This document shows, piece by piece, positions 35,833 through 47,800 of a stretch of DNA of 64,000 nt (position 1 is the first letter of the stretch; each line of letters begins with the position of its first letter). Location: the NCBI RefSeq assembly GCF_000372725.1, contig NW_005201391.1, positions 236,736 to 300,735 of the forward strand. Direction: 5' to 3'. This DNA is from Emiliania huxleyi CCMP1516 (lineage: Eukaryota). The position numbers and the translations under genes were made by a program. The notes under the pieces were generated by a model that did no database searches, was not told the origin of the DNA, and was given only the letters and a program-made list of their open reading frames with translations.

Positions 35833-38800
35833 TTGACTAGCACGCGGCGGAGACCCTCCAGCACCGCGGCGCGGTGTGACGCCGGGACCACCACCTCACC
35901 CGGCGCAGCAGCCTCGCGCTGCCTGCGCTCCGCGCGGCAATGGCGCGCGACCTCCGTGTCCGCGTCCGCCGCCCGCTTGCGCTTGGAGCCCGGCCCCACG
36001 TGCGGACTGTCGTTGCCGACCGTCGCTGCTGTCGGGGCGGTAACGAACGAGCCGCCGCTGCCTGCCGCGCCGCCGCTGTGCAGCACCACGCCGTGCGGGA
36101 TGCACCCAGCCGGCTCCTCGTCGCGCAGCCGCGCCGCCGCTCCCTCGTCGCAAGGTGGCGGGCGGTCTCCCCGCGACGCCGCAGGGCCGTCGCCGGTCGG
36201 AGAGCACGTGGTCGCCTCCCCTCGCGCCACTCTCCCCTCCCCCAGCCGCGCCTCCGCTTCCGCGGGCACTGCGCGGCTCCACTCGCCCCGGAGCGCGGCC
36301 GCCGCAAAGTGGAGCAGCGCCCCGCGGCGCGTCGCGTACCCGAGCCGCACGAGCGCGCCGTGCGTCGCGAGCGCGCACGCGCACCGCCACTCGGCGCCCG
36401 CCTCGTACTCGTCGGGCGTGATGCTGATGCCCTCCGCCTGAAGCGCCCCAAGCCCGACCTCGTCCCTCTCGACGTCGGCGCGGAAGTGGCTGCGGAAGGC
36501 GTCCTCGAGCGCCCGCCGCAGCTCGGCGTGGTCGACGTGGTCAGGGAAGGGTGGAGCGCTCGACGGCCGCTGCGCCTTCGCGGAGGAGCCAACCAACCCA
36601 CCGCCCGCTCCCTCGGCCCCCTCCTCCGCCCCCACCCCTCCCTGCGCCGCCGCCGCTGCCTTTGCCTCACGCTGGCTGGTAACGCAGCTCCGCCCCCCTG
36701 AGCTGCCACAGCCCCGAGGTGAGTCCCCGCCCTCCCCGGCGTCGCTGGGCACCCGCTGTGGTCGGCTCCACTCCGTGCCGAGCAGCTGCGCAAACGGCAC
36801 CACGTGCTCCACCGGCCCGGCCTCGTCCGCCGTCAGCTCCTCCGGCTCGGGGAGGCGAGGCAGCGCGCCGTCGGAACTGCCCCCCTCAGCGGTCGGCAGC
36901 GCCTTGAGCCGCAACCAGCTCTTCGCGCCGCCGCCCTCCCACGCGGTGTGGCCGAGGACGAGCATGGCGCGCGGGGTTAGCTCCGAGCGCAGCCACACCA
37001 CGTCGCCCGCCTCAAAGGCTCCCTGGACCTCAGCCGATGGCGCCGCGGCGGCGGGTCGGGCAGCGGCTCCTGCAGGGGGCAGTGAGCGTGGCTGTCAGCG
37101 AAAGCGGCGGGTGCCTGCACACGAACCGGATGGACGCGCGCCTGCCGACCCCTCGCCCCCGCTCGCGTAGCCCTCGCCGCCCCCGCCCGTCAGCGCCCGC
37201 ACCTCGGCCGCGAGCTCGAGCGCCTGCTCCTTGCTGACCGCGCCCGAGTGGATTATCTGGCGGATGCTCTCCGCGGGCGGCCGCCACGCGTTCTCGTCGC
37301 AGTACCACGAGAGGGCGCGGAGGAGGGTCTCACGCAGCGCCGCGTCCCCCGCCGCCTCCACCGCCAGCCACGCGGCGCGGAAGCCGGTGTACAGGGCGCT
37401 CACCGCCCCCTCCTCGAGGAGGAAGGGCTCGCCCGACGGTTGGGTGGAGGCGGTTTGGGGCTGGAGGCGGAGGTGGCGGGGCGCGTTGCCGCCGCGCTCC
37501 CCCCGGATGGGCCACGTCTCCTCGAGGACGAGGTGCGGCTGGTGCGGGCTCGCCCCCGCGGGCAGCCGCTCGGGGTACAGAAACACCAGGTGGCCCGCCC
37601 GCACCTTGGCGATGCGCAGCGGGTGCTTGCGCCGCTTGGCGCGCTCGGGCCGTGCGTCGCGGCGGAGGCTCGGGGCTCCTCCGGAGGGTGGCGGGCTGCC
37701 GCCACCGCCTCCGCCGCCTCCGCCGGGCGGCCTGATGCTCCACCTCTTGTTGCCGTCGTCCAGCCGCACGTGGAGGGCGACGAGCTCCTCCTTGACCCGG
37801 TCCGCCTGTGAAGGGGGAGGACGTGTCGTGGAAGTGTCATGGACGCCGGCATGGCCGGCTCCCACGCAACACACCTCCGCCCACTCGCGCCGCGAGCGGA
37901 GCGCGTCCCGCCGCTCGAGGAGCTCGAGGACCCGCAGCAGGTTCGGGTCGTCGCTCCCTCCCTGTGCCCCGCCTCTGCCGCCACCAACCGCGCGCTCGCG
38001 GGAGGGGGGCGGAGCGACGCAGCCGTGGTCGCGCTCGGGTCGTGCGTCGCCGCCGAGCTGTGACACCTTTGCGCCGCCGCGGCCCCTCCGCTTCGCGCCC
38101 AGGACGAGCCTGCTCGGGTCCCGAGCTTCCTGAGGCGGCCGGCACGCCTCACCGGAGAGAGGCGGGGCAAAGGGTGTGTGTGACGGCGGCGGCGTGCCTG
38201 GTCGAGGAGCCGCTGCAGCATGGCCTTGGCCTCGCGGTCGGTCAGCCCCCGCCGGACGAGGGGCGTGATCTGGCAGATCCGCACCGTCCAGTGCCTGCGG
38301 GCGTCGGACGGCGGGCGCGAGACGGGGTGCAGCACGTCCATGTTGCAGCAGGCGAGGTCGGGCGAGGTGTCGAGCTCGAACTCCCGGTCACGGTACGTTC
38401 CGAGCATTTTCCTCCGGCCGAGCAGCCGCGTGTCCCACAACGTGGGCGACGCGTACACGTGCGGCGTCACAATCGCCTCAAACAGCCACTGGGTCGGGCC
38501 GGGCTCGCCAAAGATTGCGATGTGGAGCGCGTCGCCCGCAGAGGATAGTGAGGGGTACGTGCGCGACTCTCGCAGCGCGCGCTGCACACGCCGCACTGCC
38601 TCGTCGCCCAGCCGCTCCTCGAGCACGCCGAGCGGGTCGAGCGTGATCACACGAGAGGTGCCCAGCACAAAGAGATCGTAGTCGACGACCTCGACGATGG
38701 CGAGCGGCCGCGAGCCGACGACAGCCGGCGCGGGGTCGAGGGACCAGCAGGGGTCGGCCGCATCAACGGGAAGTCGCCCGGGAGGGTGGGCTCGCCAGCC

Positions 38801-38848
38801 GGGCGGCTCCGGGAGGTAGGCGAGGACAGAGCCCGACGGCCTGACCAT
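35833..38848 (-). CDS. One or two hypothetical multi-exon proteins, including a CysRS C-terminal-like segment
   Basis: Long ORFs with host-like codons and the segment RDALRSRREWAE/ADRVKEELVALHVRLDDGNKRW. Gene boundaries unresolved. Confidence 0.45.
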
Positions 38849-40217
38849 TCACAGCCTTGCCGCCAAAAGAATTCTTAAAAGCCCTCTCACAGCACACTGG
38901 CACGACAAGGGCGCGGACTGGCGCGGACTGGCACACTCACCGGCTCACCGCCGGAGCCGCCTAAGCGACTCCGTTAAGAACGGCACGGCGGCGCGGCGCG
39001 GCGGCGGGCGACGCAGGGGCGGGGCGGCGCGGCCACCTGCACTGACCTCTGGTCTCTGGCCTTTGGAGCGGAGCAGTGGTCGCGCCGCCCATGTCCGGAT
39101 CCACATCTTCTGGCATCTCCCCACATCTTCTCGCATCTTCCCGTATCTCCGGGAATCCCGCGGTATCCCCCGGTATCTCCCGGCATCCCGCCATATCCCG
39201 CCGCGGATACCGCGAAAAAAATCGGCCAGAGCAGGTATCGAAAAGTGTCAGCGCCCAAAGGCAGGGAGGTACAGCATGTTGAGTTGCTCACTGTGGGGGT
39301 GGGGGTGGGGGTGGGGGGGGAGGGGTCAGGCTTTGGTTCTAGGTAGGTGGAGGGGCCATCTCAAAGATCTCTCCAGGAATCTCATGACACAGCCGTCAAG
39401 GGCAGTACACAGCCAGTGCAGGACGGTCCACAGCCATGCACAGCGGTACGCACCCTCAGTAGTACGCACCCTCAGAGGGCAGTACACAACTGGAGGGTAG
39501 TACACAGCCAGCGCAGGATGGCACACAGCCATCCTGCTAGTGTGCAGGCGGAACGCGACCTGGGCGGTACGCACCCCCAAGGGCATTGTGGGGCGTTGCG
39601 GGGAAAGGCTGTCCTGAAGCGAAAGGCTGTCCTGAAGCGGGAGGCTGCCTTGTTAAACTCGTTGAAGTCGTCGCACAAGGTCCAGCCGGTAGTACGCACC
39701 TGCTACATTGGGGGCGCGTATTGGCGAACTCAGGATATGGCGGGATATGGCGGCGGCATATGGCGGGATACCGGAGATACGGGGAGATACGGGGAGATAC
39801 GGGGAGATACGAGGAGATTCCGCAAAAGAATCGGCCAGACCAGGGCTGCGTTGAGGGGAAAGGCCGACAAGCGCCTAGCAGTCATGGGAGGGGATGGGTG
39901 CTTGGGGCACACCTATGCAATTGGGTTGTAGGCCACCGGTGGCTAGGAGCACGATTATTTGTGTTCATAGCACAAGAGTGACGTAGCAGCTTGTGGGTCT
40001 TGTGCAGAGACGGATGCAGTGCGAGCTGCACCTTGAAATGTGTGGCGACGAGGTTGGCGAATGCAGGTCCTGCACGCAGGGCCACAGGGAGCACTGGGTG
40101 AGGACAGCGCAGGAGAAAAAAGCTCATCTGGCGCATGTAGGGGGGTAGGGTGTGGCAGAGCAAGCAGAGAGATTCCGTCACAGCTGCAGTTGCTCAGAAG
40201 AGCACCGCCGACGGATT

Positions 40218-43200
40218 TCATTGTGTGGGGCTAGTGGAGACCCACGGGTGCACCTTCGTCACATCGGACGAATGGCTCAGGAATTCTCCGTTGAGCACCT
40301 GGTTGATGTGCGGCCAGCTCGTCGGCGGCTGCTTGCCGGTCAGCTTGGGGAGCACGGTCGCGTCCCAGCCGGTCTCCGAGTCGAAGATGGTGTAGGCGTA
40401 CTGGTTGGACATGACTCCCACGTACCACATCTGGCCAACGTCGTGCTTGGCGAACAGCCCGTGCGTATAGTTTAGCCACACGCGGAGGTCGCCGCCCTTG
40501 CTCCGGCTCTCAAACATCCAGCAGCCCCACTCGGTGGTCACGACGGGGATGTCACCGTGGCCGCTCCGTTTGCGCCAGGCGTCCACGAAGTCGAACTGCA
40601 ACTTGATCGGCGCCTGCCACACCTTGAGCCCATCCCGCCACTCCGTTTCGGGGCCATCAAGGACGAGGTCACCGTCCCACATCGCGAAGGTGGTCTGCTG
40701 CGCTGTGGGAAGGCCGGGGACTATCGATGGGTGCCTCGGCTCGTAAAAGTGGAACGCCACGCCCACATTCGGGTCGTTGTAGAAGCTTCCGCCACTGCCA
40801 AAGGTGTACGGGAGGAACTGTGCCGTCACGTACTCGAGGAACTCGGCGTCGTTAAGCCCAGGGCTGCCGACTAGAATCGGGCGGTCTGGGTCAGCGCTGC
40901 GGATTGCCTGCACCGCCGCATTGCACAGCCGCATCGCGTTGGCGTTGCCCGTGTTGGTAGTGGGGAAGCCAATGCCTTTGGGCTCGTTGAGTACCTCAAA
41001 GACCAATCGTTTGGAGAAGCCCTGCGCATGCAGGGTGCGCGGGTTCAGTGTGGGTCGATGGTGGTCACGCGGCAGGTACGTGCGGTGTTGTACCGCGCGC
41101 CGGTCTGAGGATACACCTTCCATGCGCGGGCCAGCGCACCCCAGCCTTCACCGCGATTGCGCCGTCCGTTGGAGATCTCGCAGACGCCTTTTGTCACGTT
41201 CCACGACCAGCCCCATTCGCCCCACATGCACACGACAATGGAAAGCCCGGCGTCCAGCGCGTCCTCGATCTGCTTTTGCTTCTCCTCCATCTTTGATGAA
41301 AAGGGCATGAAGATGCGCACCGACTCGAAGCCCGCCTCTGCGATTGCCTGCATTTGCGACTTATCGTACTGCCACTTGAACCAGACGCCGCTGCTCGGTG
41401 TCGCCACATCGAGGTTGATGCCGTTCTTGAGCGGCGCAGACCAGTCGAAGACTGGCGGCCCGGAAGGTGGTGATAGCGGTGGGGGCAAGGGCGGAGCAGA
41501 AGGAGGCAGCGGTGGGGGCGGCGGTGGGGGCGGTGGGGATGAGGGCAGCGGTGGAGTTGGTGGCGAGGGTGGGGCGGAGGGAGGCAGCGGTGGCGGTGGC
41601 GGTGGGGGCGGTGGCAATGGGGGTAGCGGAGGCGATGGCGGCGGGGGCGGAGCAGGCGGCGGTGGAGTGGGCGGGGGTGGAGTAGGTGGGGGGAAGGAAG
41701 GCACGGGTGGCGGTTGCGGTGGGGGCGGAGGGGAGGAGGGCAGTGGGGGCGGGGGCGGCGGGGGCGGAGCAGGCGGCGGTGGAGTGGGCGGGGGTGGAGT
41801 AGGTGGGGGGGAGGAAGGCACGGGTGGCGGTTGCGGGGGCGGCGGAGGGGAGGAAGGGAGTGGGGGCGGGGGCGGCGATGGCGGAGGGGAGGAGGGCAGT
41901 GGGGGTGGTTGTGGAGGTAGGGGAAGAGAGGGCGGAGGTTGCGGCGGTGGTGGTGACGCTGTGCAAGCGTTCACAGTGACTTTGGCCTTATGGCCAGTGT
42001 CGCGCAACTTCGAGCAAGATGGCGTGAGGCGACACCAGCCACCATTCCACAGCGAGACGAACATGCAGGCCGGAGTCTGCTCACAGAGCTCGACGCAGCC
42101 CTTCCCCGGCTCAAAGTCGTTAAAGAGGTGGGGGTCGTCTGCGCAGTAGAGGGTGGCTCCCGACGAGATGGAGTTGCCGCAGCCCGCGGTCAATGCCGGC
42201 GTTGGTGGTGGCAGCGGGAGCGGAGAGGCGGGAGGTAGCGGTGGGGGCCGTGGGAAGCATTCGGTGCAAGCGCCGCAGCCCGACCACGAGCACAGATCCG
42301 GCCAGGGTTGGGTCTTGCGGGCGCAGAACGCCATGCAAGAAGCTGGCGGCGGTGGCGCCGGCGCTGGCGATGGTGGCTGTATCGGTGAGGGTGGAGGCGG
42401 CGGCATAAGGGGCAGTGGGGGGGGAAGGTGCGGCAGCGGTGGTGCGGGTGCTGGCGACGATGGAATCGGCGGCGGCGATGAGGGCGGTGGCGGCGGTGGC
42501 GGCGGTGGCGGCGGCGGCGGTGAGGGTGGAGGCGGCGGCAGTGAGGGTGGAGGGGGCGGCAGAAGGGGCAGTGGGGGGGGAAGGTGCGGCAGCGGTGGTG
42601 CGGGTGCTGGCGATGATGGATGCGGTGGCGGCGATGAGGGTGGTGGCGGCGGTGGCGGCGGTGGCGGCGGCGGCGGTGAGGGTGGAGGGGGCGGCAGAAG
42701 GGGCAGCGGGGGAGGAAAATGCGGCGAGGGTGGCGGTGGAGGGTGCCGAGGCGGCGAAGACGGTGGAGGCGAGATGGTCCCAAGTAACAATAACGGCGGC
42801 AGCGAGGGCGGCGGGCCGGAGCACTGTCCACAGCCCTTGCAGGCGTCCCGACCGCACAGCTTCGGGAAGCCAAGGGTATGGGTGGCGCAGTAGCCTCTGC
42901 ACTCGCCCTCTGTGGGGGAGGGAGACGGCGCGGGGCCGGAGCACTGCCCACAGCCCTTGCAGGCGTCCCGACCGCACAGCTTCGGGAAGCCAAGGGTATG
43001 GGTGGCGCAGTAGCCTCTGCACTCGCCCTCTGTGGGGGAGAGAGACGGCGCGGGGCCGGAGCACTGCCCACAGCCCTTGCAGGCGTCCCGACCGCACAGC
43101 TTCGGGAAGCCAAGGGTATGGGTGGCGCAGTAGCCTCTGCACTCGCCCTCTGTCGCCGGAGCGGGCGTGGGGGAGGGGGACGGCGCGGGGCCGGAGCACT

Positions 43201-43744
43201 GCCCACAGCCCTTGCAGGCGTCCCGACCGCACAGCTTCGGGAAGCCAAGGGTATGGGTGGCGCAGTAGCCTCTGCACTCGCCCTCTGTCGCCGGGGCGGG
43301 CGTGGGGGAGGGGGACGGCGCGGGGCCGGAGCACTGCCCACAGCCCTTGCAGGCGTCCCGACCGCACAGCTTCGGGAAGCCAAGGGTATGGGTGGCGCAG
43401 TAGCCTCTGCACTCGCCCTCTGTGGGGGAGAGAGACGGCGCGGGGCCGGAGCACTGCCCACAGCCCTTGCAGGCGTCCCGACCGCACAGCTTCGGGAAGC
43501 CAAGGGTATGGGTGGCGCAGTAACCTCTGCAGTCGCCGTTGGCCGGCGGCGCCTCCTCGACCGCTTCTGAAGAAGACGATGGAGGAGGGGTAGTGCACTG
43601 AGAGCACCCACCGCAACCACTCCATCCGCATCGGGTTTTCCAAGGCTGCGGTTTTGCGCTGCAGAACCCATTGCAGATCGCCGCTGCCCCGCAGCCGAGC
43701 TGCAGCAGTGCGAAACAGAGCACAGCCCGGCCGAGGATCAACAT
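40218..43744 (-). CDS. Secreted modular glycoside hydrolase family 5: Cys-rich repeats, Pro-rich stalks, PAN/apple-like domain, GH5 core
   Basis: Signal peptide MLILGRAVLCFALLQLGCGAAA. GH5 motifs GINL, AEAGFESVRI, VFEVLNEP (acid/base), FHFYEP and VVTTEWG (nucleophile). GT-AG intron 41022-41116. Confidence 0.9.
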
Positions 43745-44874
43745 TCGACGTGAAGACTGCCCGCCGGAGGGGCACAGAGTGGCAGATCTGGTCGCTGCCG
43801 GCGATGAAGGTCAGACGGAGACGCGCTGACCAACCGTACTAAGCCGACAGAGGAAGGAGAAATACGGCCAGGCGGGTCCTACATTTGTTTTCCTTCCTTT
43901 CTTTCAGACGTGAGTATGTCGAGTGAGCATGTCAAAAATAAAGATAGTAAGTAAGATTACGAGGCCGTCGGCCGCCCAAGACCCCCCCCCCCCGAAATGA
44001 AGAGAGAGAGATTTTTAGCAATACCAAACAAATCTAACACTCACACGTCATTTGGGGCCTGGAGCCCCTGCACAATGATGTTTATGGTGGTTTAAAGTTT
44101 GCGGGGGGGGGGGGGGGGGACAGCTTTGCGCGGTCGAATTCAATTTGGGGGGGTTTACGACGGTTTTGGGGATCCTCGATCCTGCCGACGCGCTACAGTT
44201 GTAGCCCCACTGGCACTGCACATAAGATGGACGGACACCTCACCGGGAGGGCCCTCGCAGCAGCCGGGGCCGACGCCTGCAGACTTAGTCTTCGCCCGAT
44301 CCGGCGGTATGCAACGGGTAGGCGCGTTGAGGCTTGCCGCCTCCTCTGCGCCAACGCGGCCTGTGCCGCAGTTTGCGATTGCCGCCAGACAAGAGGAGGA
44401 GCAGAGCCGTTTGGCGATAGGGCCAGGCAATCGCATTCGCCCCGTGGGCGTTGCGGACCCGGCCCTGTTCACGCGCGCGCGAGACGTGCAGACAGGGTTG
44501 CCAGGTGAGAGCGAATGGCGCGGTTCACGCCTCGCACAATGTTTGTGTTGTGAAATGAAAGGCCTACTCGAGTAGAACGGGAGCAGCGACCCACCCAGCC
44601 AGCCCCCCCTTATTTATTTCCTGTTTGCACCAAGTGTGGGCTATGATGAGCTGTGTGTGAGTGTCCGCCCGCAGGCAGGCGCGGGCGGTGTATATTCCTG
44701 ACCCCCCCAAAGACCCCTTTTGACACCCAGCGGACCACCCTCCGAGGAAGAGCTACCAGTCATACTGCGTAAAATCCTTCGTTACCGTTGTACTTTTAGT
44801 ATGGAGAAATGAGGGATAAACCCGGCCCCGGCACGCCGCTTTTTCGGCGTTCGATCTGTAGAGCTCTATCAGAT

Positions 44875-47800
44875 ATGCTAGCGTGTCTGCTCGTGCCGCT
44901 GCCGGGGCTCGACCCCTGCGCCCCTGTGTCTAGTGTGGATCGCGACCCGCATCTTCACTTCGCTCATGGCGGCCGCGCAGACTTTCGCGGCGAGCACGGC
45001 CGCACTTACTCCTTCCTCTCGGCGCCTGGCCTAGCGGTCAACATCAAGACAGAGGATGCCGTCTTTCGGATGAATGGAGGCCGTCTGGTCGTGCACGGGT
45101 CCTTCATCACCGAAGCTCACGTTGTGGCACGCGCGGCAGGTTCCAAGTTTGCCTTTGTCAATGCATCCTTCTGGGCGCGTGAGCTGAGAGAGGACAGCTG
45201 GGGTTGGCAGGTGATCACCGGGGCCTGCGCCCAGACGTCTTTCAAGATTGGCAGGCGGGGTTCCAAGGCCTGCCTCGGGCTGTCCATTCGCATGCGGTAC
45301 TTCAGTGCCACGTTCGTGAAAGGGGGCTGGACTATTGACATCAGGGGCAACCACGTCTACGACCGAGTCGCAGGACCCACGCACCGCCTCGACATCAGCT
45401 TCAGCGCCGCTCGCGGGGAGGCTCGCTCTCTGCCGCATGGCATTGTCGGCCAGAGCTTCTGCTCCTCCGCGCCGCGACGGGGCCGCGTCGACGAGTACCC
45501 TGCCGAGGGCCACTTCACGACGCAGGCAATGGCTGAGGGCGCGATAGAGGGGGAGGCGGCCATGTACGAAGTGCCGTTCGCGCACGCGGTCGACTTTGCA
45601 TTTTCCCGATTCGAAGCAGAGCCACTGACCCCCAGCCTCGCAAGCAACGGCACGGACTTGGCCCTAGAAGCCGCGGCAACTGAAGCAGTGGGACAAGCGA
45701 CGATTTCGCACGACAGGCGTCTATCGGAACAGGCGCCGCCCTGCGCACCTCCACCACCCCAGGCAGACAGCGACAGCGACGGCGCGCCTGACGCGGAGGA
45801 GGGCACGGGCGACGCAGACAGCGACGGCATCCCCGACGCAGAGGAGTCCAACACGAGCGACGCAGACAGCGACGGCGCGACCGACAACGTCGACCCCGAC
45901 GCAGACGGCGACAGCATACCCGACGCAGAGGAGGACACCAGCGACGCAGACAGCGACGGCGCGCCTGACGCGGAGGAGGGCACGGGCGACGCAGACAGCG
46001 ACGGCATCCCCGACGCAGAGGAGTCCAACACGAGCGACGCAGACAGCGACGGCGCGACCGACAACGTCGACCCCGACGCAGACGGCGACAGCATACCCGA
46101 CGCAGAGGAGGACACCAGCGACGCAGACAGCGACGGCGCGCCTGACGCGGAGGAGGGCACGGGCGACGCAGACAGCGACGGCATCCCCGACGCAGAGGAG
46201 TCCAACACGAGCGACGCAGACAGCGACGGCGCGACCGACAACGTCGACCCCGACGCAGACGGCGACAGCATACCCGACGCAGAGGAGGACACCAGCGACG
46301 CAGACAGCGACGGCGCGCCTGACGCGGAGGAGGGCACGGGCGACGCAGACAGCGACGGCATCCCCGACGCAGAGGAGTCCAACGCGAGCGACGCAGACAG
46401 CGACGGCGCGACCGACAACGTCGACCCCGACGCAGACGGCGACAGCATACCCGACGCAGAGGAGGACACCAGCGACGCAGACAGCGACGGCGCGCCTGAC
46501 GCGGAGGAGGGCACGGGCGACGCAGACAGCGACGGCATCCCCGACGCAGAGGAGTCCAACACGAGCGACGCAGACAGCGACGGCGCGACCGACAACGTCG
46601 ACCCCGACGCAGACGGCGACAGCATACCCGACGCAGAGGAGGACACCAGCGACGCAGACAGCGACGGCGCGCCTGACGCGGAGGAGGGCACGGGCGACGC
46701 AGACAGCGACGGCATCCCCGACGCAGAGGAGTCCAACACGAGCGACGCAGACAGCGACGGCGCGACCGACAACGTCGACCCCGACGCAGACGGCGACAGC
46801 ATACCCGACGCAGAGGAGGACACCACGCCGCTGAATCCACCCTCATCCGTGCCGCATCCGCCCGACAAGGCGCCCACGCCGCCGCCATCGCCGCCACCCT
46901 ACCCTCCGATAGTGGCTCCATTACCTCCTCCCCCATCACCACGGCCTCCTCCTTGCCCACCGACGGATGTGACGTTTGAGGCCAGCACGGCGAGGACAAG
47001 CAGCACCTTCTACGTGTTTACGGCCCAGTGGTGCGTCGACGGCGGAACGACGGGGACTCAAGTGGCAAACGCGCCGAAGAAGTGCCAGACCGGCACGTGG
47101 ACAAGCGTGACGAGCGAGCAGAACCCCTTCGTCGAGGTCGACCTCGGGCAGGAGCGATACGTGGGTAGCGTCGGTATCTCTCACCTGGCGGATCTGGGCT
47201 ACTTTGAGGTGTGGCTGTCCGACACGACCACCCCTCAGACTCAGTGCGCCGAGGGCAACGCGGGTGCCTCCTCGAGCATGGCCGAGGAGGTGCTGGACTG
47301 CGTCGGGTACGCGCGGTACGTGACCGTGATGCTCCCGGGCGCGTCTCGCAACCTGGACTTGTACGAGGTGGCGACGCACCCGTGTCCGACCGACCCGTCT
47401 CCGCCGCCGCCGCCGTTCCCACCTCCAGTCGGACCGCTGCCGAAGCCGCCGCCGAGCCCGATGCCTCCTCCTCGACTGCCGTCATGCCCACCGACGGATG
47501 TGACATTCGATGCCGTCGGTGCGACAATGAGCAGCACCTTCTACGTGTTTACGGCCCAGTGGTGCGTCGACGGCGGAACGACGGGGACTCAAGTGGCAAA
47601 CGGGCCGAAGAAGTGCCAGACCGGCACGTGGACAAGCGTGACGAGCGAGCAGAACCCCTTCGTCGAGGTCGACCTCGGGCAGGAGCGATACGTGGGTAGC
47701 GTCGGTATCTCTCACCTGGCGGATCTGGGCTACTTTGAGGTGTGGCTGTCCGACACGACCACCCCTCAGACCCAGTGCGCCGAGGGCAACGCGGGTGCCT

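Noticed and set aside
45357..46999. Antisense ORFs of about 500 aa over the acidic repeats, and similar ones over the GH5, ankyrin and DUF2828 genes
   Set aside because: Stop-free mirror frames are expected from GC-rich or repetitive coding DNA, and these have no independent motifs.
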